IMG/VR virus record: IMGVR_UViG_3300046798_000096
Coordinates: 4,483 to 68,482 of that record
Length of the DNA: 64,000 nt
From: a virus
Reading direction: 5' to 3' (one strand)
Shown: piece after piece, positions 10,363-18,267 of the stretch
How the letters are laid out: every line of letters starts with the position of its first letter
Position numbering within the stretch: position 1 is the stretch's first letter
Made by a program: the position numbers and the translations under genes
The notes under the pieces: generated by a model
Seen by the model: the letters and a program-made list of their open reading frames with translations, nothing else
Told to the model about the DNA's origin: nothing
The model's database searches: none

Positions 10363-10851
10363 TCATCCAAACGTCATTATGGTGTGTGCAGTGTCGATAA
10401 CAGGGTAAATGGAGTGCGAATACATCAACGCTTCGACACCCTGACCCACTGCTACCTTATCACCACGAGCTTCCCACCCACTCAAGAACGCCATCGCCTC
10501 TGTATCCGCTAATCCGATAGCATAATAGTCGACTTTTTCACTGATGAAAGTCACATAACCCTGGCAATCCACTCGAACCAGCGCCCTGGTCCGTGACAAG
10601 CCCAGGGCGATGACCCCGTCGCTCTTGTGGTCCGCCAGAATCTGCGAGACTTGGTCCACCACGTCGCTGTCGACCTTGAGATGGCGCCTCAATTTCTGAC
10701 CAATGATGGCCTCTCCAGCTGTGGCCCACAGCCAGTTGTTGCAGGGCGACCTGAATATCTTGTTCACCTCAGATGGTAGCTTGTGGTCGTTGCATTGCTG
10801 ACCCTGGTCAGCAATCATCCATCCATCTCTGTGGGCTAGTACTAGTGTCAT
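10363..10851 (-). CDS. HslV/proteasome-beta-like (Ntn-hydrolase) protease
   Basis: N-terminal M-T-LVLAHRDGWMIAD (Thr nucleophile after Met removal), NKI motif, later AIG.A..A.AFL. Confidence 0.6.
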   Translation of the reverse strand: MTLVLAHRDGWMIADQGQQCNDHKLPSEVNKIFRSPCNNWLWATAGEAIIGQKLRRHLKVDSDVVDQVSQILADHKSDGVIALGLSRTRALVRVDCQGYVTFISEKVDYYAIGLADTEAMAFLSGWEARGDKVAVGQGVEALMYSHSIYPVIDTAHTIMTFG

Positions 10852-11123
10852 CTTCTATCTCCGATGTGAGGAGTAGAAGGCACTGCGTGTAGTGACTTGC
10901 ACTCCGGACACGACTCTGGGGCGAACGCCACCACATGCCGCCGGTGCGATGATGGGTTCTTCTCGTTGGATATGACTGGGTCGTCGCACTTGAAGTGCGC
11001 GCCGCAGTGGTTGCAGAGGATGAGCAGCGAGAAGTTCGCTGCCCATGCCCTGGCGCTGGGTGAATTCTGAGCCATGCGCGGGCTATGGCTCGCGCATAGA
11101 GGGGGACAGGGAGGTGACTTCAA
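10848..11123 (-). CDS. Small zinc-ribbon protein
   Basis: CNHC and CPEC pairs; stop overlaps the next start. Start position uncertain. Confidence 0.5.
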   Translation of the reverse strand: MKSPPCPPLCASHSPRMAQNSPSARAWAANFSLLILCNHCGAHFKCDDPVISNEKNPSSHRRHVVAFAPESCPECKSLHAVPSTPHIGDRR

Positions 11124-11670
11124 CTCCCGTCGCCGGGATATCAGTCGACTCCGGGAGGACTTGCGTCTCCTGGAGTCGCTTGAACTGCGCCTCCCACTCG
11201 TCCGGTGCGAGGATGGCCGGCGCGAGCATCACACCAGACCGCACCGTCAGGTCGATGTTCGTGCGTTCCTGATATTCAGGCCCGTGCGCGCGGAGCACCA
11301 TCGCTCTGAGCTGCGTCTCGTACCGCTTGCGCGTGGAGCGCTCACCCGTAGGCCCGAAGATGGTCTCCTCGAAACCATTCATCGCCTGCGTCTCCAACTT
11401 ACGCACACGCGCCTCGCGGTACTTGTCGTACGCTGCGTCGAACGCCTCCTGAAACTCAGGGTCGTTCTTCATGTGCTCGGATACTGTGTTGGTAGCCACT
11501 CCAGCATGCAGTGCTGCTAGAGTCCGTTTCCCATGCTTCTCTATCTGCTCCAGATAGATAGCCTTTAAACGGTCACAGAACTTTACCGTCCGCCGTTCCC
11601 TCGTCTGGTAGCGCCAATTGGTCTTGTCCGCTACTTCGACTGCATATCCACTATTACCTTCTCGCTCCAC
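11083..11670 (-). CDS. terS: Terminase small subunit
   Basis: HTH-like N-terminus (RTLAALHAGVATNTV...DPEFQEAFDAA), LETQAMNGFEE and R..RYETQL..MVLRAHGPEYQE; SD AGAGGA; upstream of terL. Confidence 0.8.
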   Translation of the reverse strand: MEREGNSGYAVEVADKTNWRYQTRERRTVKFCDRLKAIYLEQIEKHGKRTLAALHAGVATNTVSEHMKNDPEFQEAFDAAYDKYREARVRKLETQAMNGFEETIFGPTGERSTRKRYETQLRAMVLRAHGPEYQERTNIDLTVRSGVMLAPAILAPDEWEAQFKRLQETQVLPESTDIPATGVEVTSLSPSMREP

Positions 11671-11926
11671 TCCTCTAGTGTTGCCTATCTATCTCGGCTT
11701 TGCGAGTAGATAGATCGCTGCTTAGGTGCCACACTACGACTGTTGTGTTGAGCGGCTGGCCGTTCATATTAAGAAAACGGCTGGCTGATTTTTTTTATTT
11801 TTTGGAGCTGGTTTACAGGGGGAGGTTGAGGGGCCCCTGGCCTGCGAGCCATGTAGGTCTTGGCACGACCCCACCCCCTCCCGGCCCTGTGCCCCTCACA
11901 TCGAGGGGCATGCTCCCTACCTCTGC

Positions 11927-12139
11927 CTACAGTGCGCCTAGCCTGCGCACCCTGCGCACACTGCGCACAGCCTCCCTCACAGCCTCCCTCTGTGTGCAGC
12001 CGCGCCCCTCTGTGGTGCGGTATGCGACACCCGTCTCCAGGCAGTGTCGAGTCACGACACACCGCTCGTCGCCCGGCGCGCTGGTCCGGACGTTGAGCTG
12101 ATAGATGAAGGTATCCGTCTTAGTCGCTGCGTTGTTCAT
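11927..12139 (-). CDS. Hypothetical early protein (leaderless)
   Basis: ATG at 12139 lies 6 nt after a TATAAT box; hairpin TGCCCCTC/GAGGGGCA after the stop. Confidence 0.65.
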   Translation of the reverse strand: MNNAATKTDTFIYQLNVRTSAPGDERCVVTRHCLETGVAYRTTEGRGCTQREAVREAVRSVRRVRRLGAL

Positions 12140-12145
12140 ACATAT

Positions 12146-12174
12146 ATTATAGCGCACCAGCTGCACCAGTGCAA
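12146..12174 (-). promoter_or_regulatory. Sigma70-type promoter TTGCAC-17-TATAAT
   Basis: -35 at 12169-12174, -10 at 12146-12151, exact 17-bp spacer. Confidence 0.8.
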
Positions 12175-12223
12175 CCACCCCTATGGGTGATTACACCTGT
12201 TCAGTGGTACCAGGAGCGCTAGC

Positions 12224-12255
12224 GGTGTTAGGTGCACCATGTGTGCACCTACACC
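12224..12255 (-). terminator. Hairpin after the 12266 ORF
   Basis: GGTGT(T)AGGTGCAC/GTGCACCTACACC 13-bp stem with one bulge. Confidence 0.5.
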
Positions 12256-12265
12256 AGTGCACGTG

Positions 12266-12538
12266 TCAGCCTCGCACCCCTAGGCGTGCCACCACGTGGG
12301 TCACACCTACACGCACCCTCGTGTAGGTGAGGGTGGACTCTCCTACCACAGTGCGCACCATGGTGCGCCGTGGTGGGAAGGTGCGCACCATGGGCAAGGT
12401 ACCCTCACAGGTGACGACGTACTGGCCGACCGAATCGGCCAGCTGGCGGCGCTCACACTCGGCCGCTTGGCCAGCGGTGCACCACAGGGTGCAGAGAAGA
12501 GCGAACGTTGCGAGAAGAGCGGCGAAAAAACGAAGCAT
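12266..12538 (-). CDS. Secreted protein with signal peptide
   Basis: Start MLRFFAALLATFALLCTLWCTAGQAA (signal-like, AQA-type cleavage site); SD GGAG; promoter at 12597-12625. Confidence 0.6.
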   Translation of the reverse strand: MLRFFAALLATFALLCTLWCTAGQAAECERRQLADSVGQYVVTCEGTLPMVRTFPPRRTMVRTVVGESTLTYTRVRVGVTHVVARLGVRG

Positions 12539-12596
12539 GGTCTGTATCTCCGATGGTTGGGTTAGAGGGTCTGCGGCGACTAGCGCCACCACAGAC

Positions 12597-12625
12597 ACCA
12601 TGCCTACTAGAACGGCTAGCGTCAA
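12597..12625 (-). promoter_or_regulatory. Phage early promoter TTGACG-CTA..-CATGGT
   Basis: -35 at 12620-12625, 17-bp spacer, -10 at 12597-12602; member of a repeated family. Confidence 0.7.
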
Positions 12626-12631
12626 TAGGGC

Positions 12632-12796
12632 TTAAGGCTTTTTATCACTGTCAGGTGCTTTATCGCCACCTAGCAGCCGGCACAGTGCACGCGCTAGCGT
12701 GGCCTGACGTGCGTCCGTCAGGTCGACCCCTAGCGCAGCACAGTGCGCCTCGAATGAGGCGCCCTGTGCCGGCGTTGGGGCGGGTTTCGTGCTCAC
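12632..12796 (-). CDS. Hypothetical protein (54 aa)
   Basis: Manual: GTG overlaps the upstream TGA (GTGA); MSTKPAPTPAQGASFEAHCAALGVDL... Confidence 0.5.
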   Translation of the reverse strand: MSTKPAPTPAQGASFEAHCAALGVDLTDARQATLARALCRLLGGDKAPDSDKKP

Positions 12797-12969
12797 TCCC
12801 ACGGTGCGCCCCGTTGCGACCGATCGGGCAACGGCTCTCGGAGTTGGCGCTTGGTACGGTACAGCAGGTTGCCCGCTGCAGTGCGCACGATGATGTGCTT
12901 CCCGTCCAGCGAATCACCCACGATGGTGACGTTGGCCCACACTCCACTAACTTTCGTGCTGCGAATCAT
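12793..12969 (-). CDS. Hypothetical protein
   Basis: SD AGGAG before MIRSTKVSG. Confidence 0.6.
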   Translation of the reverse strand: MIRSTKVSGVWANVTIVGDSLDGKHIIVRTAAGNLLYRTKRQLREPLPDRSQRGAPWE

Positions 12970-13030
12970 GTTGTGCTCCTGAGGTTGACGGCTAGGGGTC
13001 GTTCCCATGAACGACCCCGCGCCGCTAACC

Positions 13031-13297
13031 TTAAGCGCCGTACAGCGTGACAGGGATGGTTGGCAGCTCTAGCCGCGCTTGGCTCGCGAGGTGCCTCGCC
13101 ACGTTGACCGGGTGGTGCACGTACGCCGGGAAGGTGCGCTTGGTAACCGTCGCGATTGACTCGCACACGACCGACTCACCATTCGGCAAGCGCTTGCGCT
13201 CGTTTACCCGAACCTGCTCGGGAAGCGTGTGCACCGTGGTAACAACTTCGGACTTCGCGGCGTTACAGACAATCTCGATGCTCGTAATGGTTGCCAT
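13031..13297 (-). CDS. Hypothetical protein
   Basis: SD GGAG; promoter at 13351-13378. Confidence 0.65.
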   Translation of the reverse strand: MATITSIEIVCNAAKSEVVTTVHTLPEQVRVNERKRLPNGESVVCESIATVTKRTFPAYVHHPVNVARHLASQARLELPTIPVTLYGA

Positions 13298-13350
13298 GTT
13301 TTTTCGTGCTCCGGAGGGTTAGGGGCAGGTCGTTGCGACCCACAAGACCT

Positions 13351-13378
13351 ATCATAGTCATAGAACGGCTAGCGTCAA
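13351..13378 (-). promoter_or_regulatory. Phage early promoter TTGACG-CTA..-TATGAT
   Basis: 16-bp spacer; shares ACGGCTAGCGTCAATAG with the 12.6-kb copy. Confidence 0.7.
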
Positions 13379-13642
13379 TAGTGTCTATAGACTTTCTGCA
13401 CCGATGGTGACGATTGTTCCGATGGTTAGGTCGGCTGTTCAGTGATGACGCGCGCGACCCCTATCCCAGGCCGGCTGGCAAGCCCAGAGCCCGTCTCCAC
13501 CTCCCTCACTTACTCATCTTCCTACTCCGGCCATAAAACCGATCAGCTGAACCAATATACAGAACTAGTACTCAAGACTTTGCAAAGGACAAGTATACTA
13601 CTAGGGATATATACCACACTAACCGGTGGCAAGTGTGGGACT

Positions 13643-14116
13643 ATGGTTCTGTATGTTGCCAACCTAAAACCACCCGCCAACCGACCCATGACACCTTCAA
13701 TCTGTCACCCGGACCGCCCCAACTTTGGACAGGGCTACTGCGCGCCCTGCTACCAGCGTCGCCGGCTCGAACTAACCCGCGGCAAAGCGGCGGAGTGCCA
13801 CCCAGAGCGGCGCTTCTATGCTCGGGGCTTGTGCAGTGCCTGCTACCAAGCCAAGCGCCGAGCGGGCCAACTGGCGCCCCTAGTGCCGCTCCGAGAGCGC
13901 AAGCAGCAAGCGGCCGACCTATCCACGCTGAAGCGTCTAAAAGACATAGGGCCTAAGACAGTAAGCGAGCCACGTTGGCGCACACTATCGCGCAATCGCT
14001 TACTGCGGCCCGATGTGTTTCCGAAGCACCTAACGCCACCACACACACACGAGGACACCCAAGCGCTCTGGGCTTGGCTGCAGACTTGGGAACCACCCAA
14101 TTGGGACGACCTATGA
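13643..14116 (+). CDS. Protein with two tandem CHPxR..GxCxxCYQ zinc-binding motifs
   Basis: CHPDRPNFGQGYCAPCYQRRR and CHPERRFYARGLCSACYQAKR; start uncertain. Confidence 0.6.
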   Translation: MVLYVANLKPPANRPMTPSICHPDRPNFGQGYCAPCYQRRRLELTRGKAAECHPERRFYARGLCSACYQAKRRAGQLAPLVPLRERKQQAADLSTLKRLKDIGPKTVSEPRWRTLSRNRLLRPDVFPKHLTPPHTHEDTQALWAWLQTWEPPNWDDL

Positions 14117-14511
14117 CACTGAAAAAAACACACGACCCGGCCGGACTTCTCACAATGCTTCGCTCTAACTGCACAGTAGAAAGCGGGCATTCAATCTACA
14201 CAGGGCCATTGAAGGTGCAGCTAGGCGGACGGCTGCTGAAGCCTGCTACAGCATGGTGGATACTGACATTCGGCCAGCAGCCGCCAGACAAGCCTTTTAT
14301 TGTGCAGACCTGCAATGTAGCCGGCTGCATAGACCCGGATTGTCACACGCCTAGCAGGTCACCACATGGGGTTATGCCTGACACTGCGACGGACAAGCGC
14401 ACCAAAGAGCAGGCGCAAACGGCCAACGTTCTGGAGTGCATCCTAGCGCGACTCGACTCGATTGACGCTGCGCTAGCGCGCCTAGATGCAAAGCTAGAGG
14501 GTCTGCAGTAG
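14113..14511 (+). CDS. Degenerate HNH (HNH_3-like) endonuclease with C-terminal coiled coil
   Basis: ATGA-coupled; IYTG...AWWILTFG..P...IVQTCNVAGCIDPDC resembles HNH_3, but the catalytic His residues are missing. Confidence 0.5.
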   Translation: MTLKKTHDPAGLLTMLRSNCTVESGHSIYTGPLKVQLGGRLLKPATAWWILTFGQQPPDKPFIVQTCNVAGCIDPDCHTPSRSPHGVMPDTATDKRTKEQAQTANVLECILARLDSIDAALARLDAKLEGLQ

Positions 14512-14633
14512 CAAGCTAGAAACGACCGAATCAGCCTAACCCCTTGAAAACACTTGTTCGGCCTGCTGTCCGCTGTGCTGCCTGGTAGCAAGCTCCCCGA
14601 ATCGCCACGATTCGGGGAGCATTCTGGGCCGTC

Positions 14634-15623
14634 TCAGCCCTTCGCGAGTATCGTTTGGGCCACCGAAAGCGCCCGCCCTAGCAGGACACCACCCTGCCCA
14701 AACATGTTGGTTTCGAAGCGGTGGGCGTCTGTCGTATCCTTGCGGCCCCGTTCGTGCGTGGCGTGCTCCGTGATGGCATTGAAAGCGCCCCACAGGGTGC
14801 CACGCGAGAAGTGAGCGCCGCGACCAGCCTCGAACAGTTCCACGAGTCGATCCGTTCCGCGAACGACAATCTTCTCGTTGTCCGCGGCTCCCTCGTGGAG
14901 CACCTCGCGGAAGTACGCCGTTGCCTGTGCATCGTTGATCGTGTGCTTGGCCAAAGCCTGGAAGATGTCAGCTTGGACTCGCATCTGGGCACGCTGGACG
15001 TCGAACAAGTCGCGAGCGGCTTCCATGTTGATCATGCAGTTCCGGGTGTGCCGATGCTTCAACAAGTCCGAAGTCTGCAGCATGACGTCCAGCGTATTGC
15101 TGCACACCACCCGAGTCTTGCTGAATCCGAGTCGCAGTGCGAGCGAAGTATCGTGTGCGTGCGCCATGTTGACGTACTGCTGAATCACATCGCCCGGAAC
15201 GATCTCCACCTCGGAGCCGACGATCTCAGCAGTGAGGCAGATGCGCTTACCGCCTCGCAGGGAGACCGAAGCACTGCGGCGAACGAGTCCAGCGTCGATC
15301 CACGGCTGGAAGAATTGCTCTAGCTCGATGTTTTGAATGTTGTGCCGTTCGGCGCCAACGATTCCGAGCACACCGTAGTCATTCTCGGAATCAGCCGTTC
15401 GGTCGTTGCGAGTGTTTGCACAGTGCGACGGGATGGCGTGGAAGCGCTCGCACCCATCAGCGTCGACACGCTTGATGTAGATCGGCTCCTTGTCGACCGA
15501 CCAAGCCATATCGGAAGCCTGTACAGACTCCTCTGGGCTTGCGGGCGCTACCTCCAGCACGTTTCCCTGATGGTGCCAAGCGCCAAGACCAACGAAGTAA
15601 CCAGAGTCGAATTCTGCAGGCAT
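14634..15623 (-). CDS. DUF932 family (TIGR03299-like) protein
   Basis: MPAEFDSGYFVGLGAWHHQG start, SLRGGKRI, RVVCSNTL, GTLWGAFNAITEHATH motifs; SD GGAG. Confidence 0.85.
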   Translation of the reverse strand: MPAEFDSGYFVGLGAWHHQGNVLEVAPASPEESVQASDMAWSVDKEPIYIKRVDADGCERFHAIPSHCANTRNDRTADSENDYGVLGIVGAERHNIQNIELEQFFQPWIDAGLVRRSASVSLRGGKRICLTAEIVGSEVEIVPGDVIQQYVNMAHAHDTSLALRLGFSKTRVVCSNTLDVMLQTSDLLKHRHTRNCMINMEAARDLFDVQRAQMRVQADIFQALAKHTINDAQATAYFREVLHEGAADNEKIVVRGTDRLVELFEAGRGAHFSRGTLWGAFNAITEHATHERGRKDTTDAHRFETNMFGQGGVLLGRALSVAQTILAKG

Positions 15624-15770
15624 TGCTTTCATCTCCAAGTGAAACGCAGGAGTGAAAGACTCCTGCGTGTTTCTAGTGACACCATCTCGGTGCCACACAA
15701 TTACTATCCTCTGAGTCCCCTTTAAGGTCCACAACTATCTACACGGCTGGTGTAGATAGTGTCGATGGTC

Positions 15771-15799
15771 TGTCTGGAGTGCCACACTTCCAGACAGGT
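15771..15799 (-). terminator. Hairpin after the 15802 ORF
   Basis: CTGTCTGGA/TCCAGACAG stem immediately after the stop. Confidence 0.5.
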
Positions 15800-15801
15800 T
15801 A

Positions 15802-16068
15802 TTACTCTGTTTCTTCCGTGCGCTTGATCAGATACTGGCCACGGCGCACCCTGGTAGCATCATCATCCGATCGAAGGTGCCACTGCGAGCACACGGCGCA
15901 CTGATACGGCCGTAGCTTTATCCCATCTTCCAGCTTGATTGCTTTCGCTCGGGATTGTGCAGCCTGCCTATCCCTGTAGCGATACTTTGCTTTGCAGATC
16001 TCAGCATGCCGGTCTATCTGCTCGCGAGCCCAGACCTTAGCTTTCGGTTGTGCCTTGCTCCTAGTCAT
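15802..16068 (-). CDS. Small zinc-finger protein
   Basis: C..KYRY...A.......LRPYQCAVCSQWHL motif, common in phage hypothetical proteins. Confidence 0.65.
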   Translation of the reverse strand: MTRSKAQPKAKVWAREQIDRHAEICKAKYRYRDRQAAQSRAKAIKLEDGIKLRPYQCAVCSQWHLRSDDDATRVRRGQYLIKRTEETE

Positions 16069-16462
16069 AAAACACCAGCGTTTCGACTCGGCCACCATCG
16101 AAAAACAGTTGAATACCGCTGTAGGTCCAATCTGCACTAGCAGAGTAGAGAGCTGCACCGCGCACACCAGACAGCATGCAATCACCGGTGCGTGGCCAGA
16201 ATTCCAGGCCACCAGTTAACAAGCCTGTCTCCAGGCATGTTGGAGAATCGAACGAGTAGGCTCCCTGCTTCACTGTGAGACACAGCCTAGCAGCGGAGCA
16301 CCATTGCCCCTCTAGCTCCGTTGCGAGCACGGGGCCAGAGTCGCACTTATTGCTTCCGTCTGGAAACGTGCACTCGGTGGCTACCACGCACGCTGGAAAG
16401 CTTAGCGCCACTAGCCAACTCCAAAGAGCGGCTCTTTGGTGTTTCTCGACTCGGGTTAACAT
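16061..16462 (-). CDS. Putative lipoprotein / Cys-rich exported protein
   Basis: Hydrophobic stretch ending in FPAC (lipobox-like), followed by several Cys; SD AGGAG. Confidence 0.5.
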   Translation of the reverse strand: MLTRVEKHQRAALWSWLVALSFPACVVATECTFPDGSNKCDSGPVLATELEGQWCSAARLCLTVKQGAYSFDSPTCLETGLLTGGLEFWPRTGDCMLSGVRGAALYSASADWTYSGIQLFFDGGRVETLVFYD

Positions 16463-16580
16463 CTCCTATCAATCCTTTACCGTTGCCGGTCAGTTCATAA
16501 ACAACGTGCGTCCCGTCGCACACCGCAACGGGACGCACTAGGCCTAGCTCCACTAGGAGCGCTAACTCTTCCTGTGTCAC
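16347..16580 (-). CDS. Hypothetical protein (winged-helix-like, leaderless candidate)
   Basis: GTG lies 6 nt after CAGCGT with TAGACC 17 bp upstream; L..LVELGLV..V....VYELT..GK resembles a wHTH wing. Overlaps the next ORF. Confidence 0.4.
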   Translation of the reverse strand: MTQEELALLVELGLVRPVAVCDGTHVVYELTGNGKGLIGDVNPSRETPKSRSLELASGAKLSSVRGSHRVHVSRRKQ

Positions 16581-16612
16581 GCACTTACGCTGATTCCGAA
16601 TCAGCGTAAGGT

Positions 16613-17082
16613 CTAGCGCTTTTTGAAGTTGAAGCAGTGCACTGCGCGCGAGCCACCCGGGCGAATGATTCGGACTCCAAGCTTGGAGTCCGAATCAGCG
16701 AGCTTGCGAGCCGCAATCAGCAGATCACTAGCTTTCGGCCCCTTCCAGCCGGTATCGTTCCACGTCTTGCGATCGGTGCAGGTCTCGATCTGGAAGCGCA
16801 CGCATTCACCGGCAACCGGTGAATGCGCACCTCCGAAACACTTCTCCGGAATGCTGAACTGATTGCAAAGCTTGCGCTTGCTGCGTTCCAGGCCTGCTCG
16901 GCTGCGTCGTTGCTGATCGGTCGTTGCACTGATATCGCTATTCATATCGCTTGTTTCTCCCTTGAATGCATTCCAGCCGTGGCGTTGACACGCCAAAGTT
17001 CCGTATACGTTTAGTTCGTATACCCACATGTTATGTCCACATTGTGGGCATGAAGGCTTAATGTCAATCACTACATTCGTCA
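16613..17082 (-). CDS. Hypothetical protein
   Basis: Open frame; alternative start with SD GGGAG at 16945; N-terminal CPQC..C..H. Confidence 0.55.
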
Positions 17083-17357
17083 TGATGGGAAACGTTGCAC
17101 GTACCGCTACCGGTCGCATGATACTTGCTCCCGCAATCGTGGCATTCGTGCTCTTCTAGCGCATACTGGCGCCTACCGTGCTCGTCCAGATGGTAATCAA
17201 CCATCTTTAGGTCAAGCCTGAAAACCCTGGTAGGGTAGTGCGGCTGGTTGTTGCGGTACTCGTGGCAAAGCTCGATTGCTTTCCACCCCAACGGAACGAC
17301 ATTAGAGCCGACCGTTTCCCATTGCTTGCCCCTCAATTGCTCGACTCGGTAAGTCAT
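17064..17357 (-). CDS. Hypothetical protein with C-terminal Cys/His cluster
   Basis: SD GGAG; promoter at 17409-17437. Confidence 0.6.
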   Translation of the reverse strand: MTYRVEQLRGKQWETVGSNVVPLGWKAIELCHEYRNNQPHYPTRVFRLDLKMVDYHLDEHGRRQYALEEHECHDCGSKYHATGSGTCNVSHHDECSD

Positions 17358-17408
17358 ACTTTCGTCTCCAAACGTAGTGTAGGAGCGAAAGGGCTCCCAT
17401 CGCTGTTA

Positions 17409-17437
17409 GTTGTGGTGTCGCTAGGACTTAGCGTCAA
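17409..17437 (-). promoter_or_regulatory. Phage early promoter TTGACG-CTA..-CACAAC
   Basis: 17-bp spacer; the -35 contains the upstream gene's TGA. Confidence 0.6.
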
Positions 17438-17700
17438 CCAGTTTTCTGTTCGCTGCTACACGGAGCGCTGAATATCTGCTGACTCGCGTTGTCATACTCG
17501 TATTCACCATCGAACCAACGCAGCTTGTAACCATTCTCAGTGATTCGGGCTAGTTCTTCCCGAGCACCCTCATAGCTGGTTGTGGTGTAGGTGCTGAAAA
17601 ACACCGGTAGGTCATAGTTCCACGCCATACCGATATACTGCACGAGTCCGGGTGTGTGCTTCGGGCGAAACCGTGTGATGCGATACGTTAGGTCACTCAT
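17434..17700 (-). CDS. Hypothetical protein
   Basis: SD AAAGGCGG before MSDLTYR; promoter at 17723-17751. Confidence 0.6.
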   Translation of the reverse strand: MSDLTYRITRFRPKHTPGLVQYIGMAWNYDLPVFFSTYTTTSYEGAREELARITENGYKLRWFDGEYEYDNASQQIFSAPCSSEQKTG

Positions 17701-17722
17701 TGTTGCCGCCTTTCGTTCTGTA

Positions 17723-17751
17723 ATTCTGTCCTGCAGTACCGTTAGCGTCAA
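17723..17751 (-). promoter_or_regulatory. Phage early promoter TTGACG-CTA..-CAGAAT
   Basis: 17-bp spacer; member of the repeated family. Confidence 0.7.
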
Positions 17752-17771
17752 CCATCTATCTAGCACTGCTA

Positions 17772-17815
17772 CAGAAAAGCCCCGAAAACACGGGGTTTTC
17801 AGGGCTTTCTGTAAG
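17772..17815 (-). terminator. Intrinsic terminator
   Basis: AGAAAGCCC..GAAAAC/GTTTTC..GGGGCTTTTCT stem with U-rich end. Confidence 0.6.
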
Positions 17816-17916
17816 ACATGCTCCCATGGCTTCCAACATTACGCCGGAGCCCGAGTGGGAGACTTATTCCGCGGTACTACCGCACTAGCGAACCATGAGG
17901 ACACCTCGCACGAGGG

Positions 17917-18078
17917 TTAAGGGGACTGCTCTAGCAGGACTGCTTTGGACAACCTGCGCCGAGCACGCGCATAGGAGCGTTTGAACCACTTGCGATCATG
18001 CTTCGTGTTTCCAGCGTAGAACTGGCATTCCCAGTATTCCGATCGCCAACGATTCAGGCTCTTTGCTGCGCGATTCAT
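17917..18078 (-). CDS. Small basic protein, 53 aa (leaderless)
   Basis: Manual: MNRAAKSLNRWRSEYWECQFYAGNTKHDRKWFKRSYARARRRLSK...; ATG 6 nt after the -10. Confidence 0.6.
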   Translation of the reverse strand: MNRAAKSLNRWRSEYWECQFYAGNTKHDRKWFKRSYARARRRLSKAVLLEQSP

Positions 18079-18084
18079 GCAGTA

Positions 18085-18113
18085 ACCATGCTCCTAGCAG
18101 GACTTAGCGTCAA
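18085..18113 (-). promoter_or_regulatory. Phage early promoter TTGACG-CTA..-CATGGT
   Basis: 17-bp spacer. Confidence 0.7.
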
Positions 18114-18267
18114 ACTGTTTTGAGGTATACGGCTGCAATGGTGTATCCCGCTGCAAAGCATATCGCCACCACAGCAACGCAATCGACTAGGCGAAGCTTC
18201 CACAGCACTACTGCTAACACCACCCAAGCTACAGACAGCAAGAGCAGCAATCCCAGTAGCCGATCCA

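Noticed and set aside
17820-17900. tRNA-like element in the intergenic gap
   Set aside because: No cloverleaf, T-loop or CCA; only a GCTCC/GGAGC hairpin. No tRNA genes were recognised anywhere in the window.
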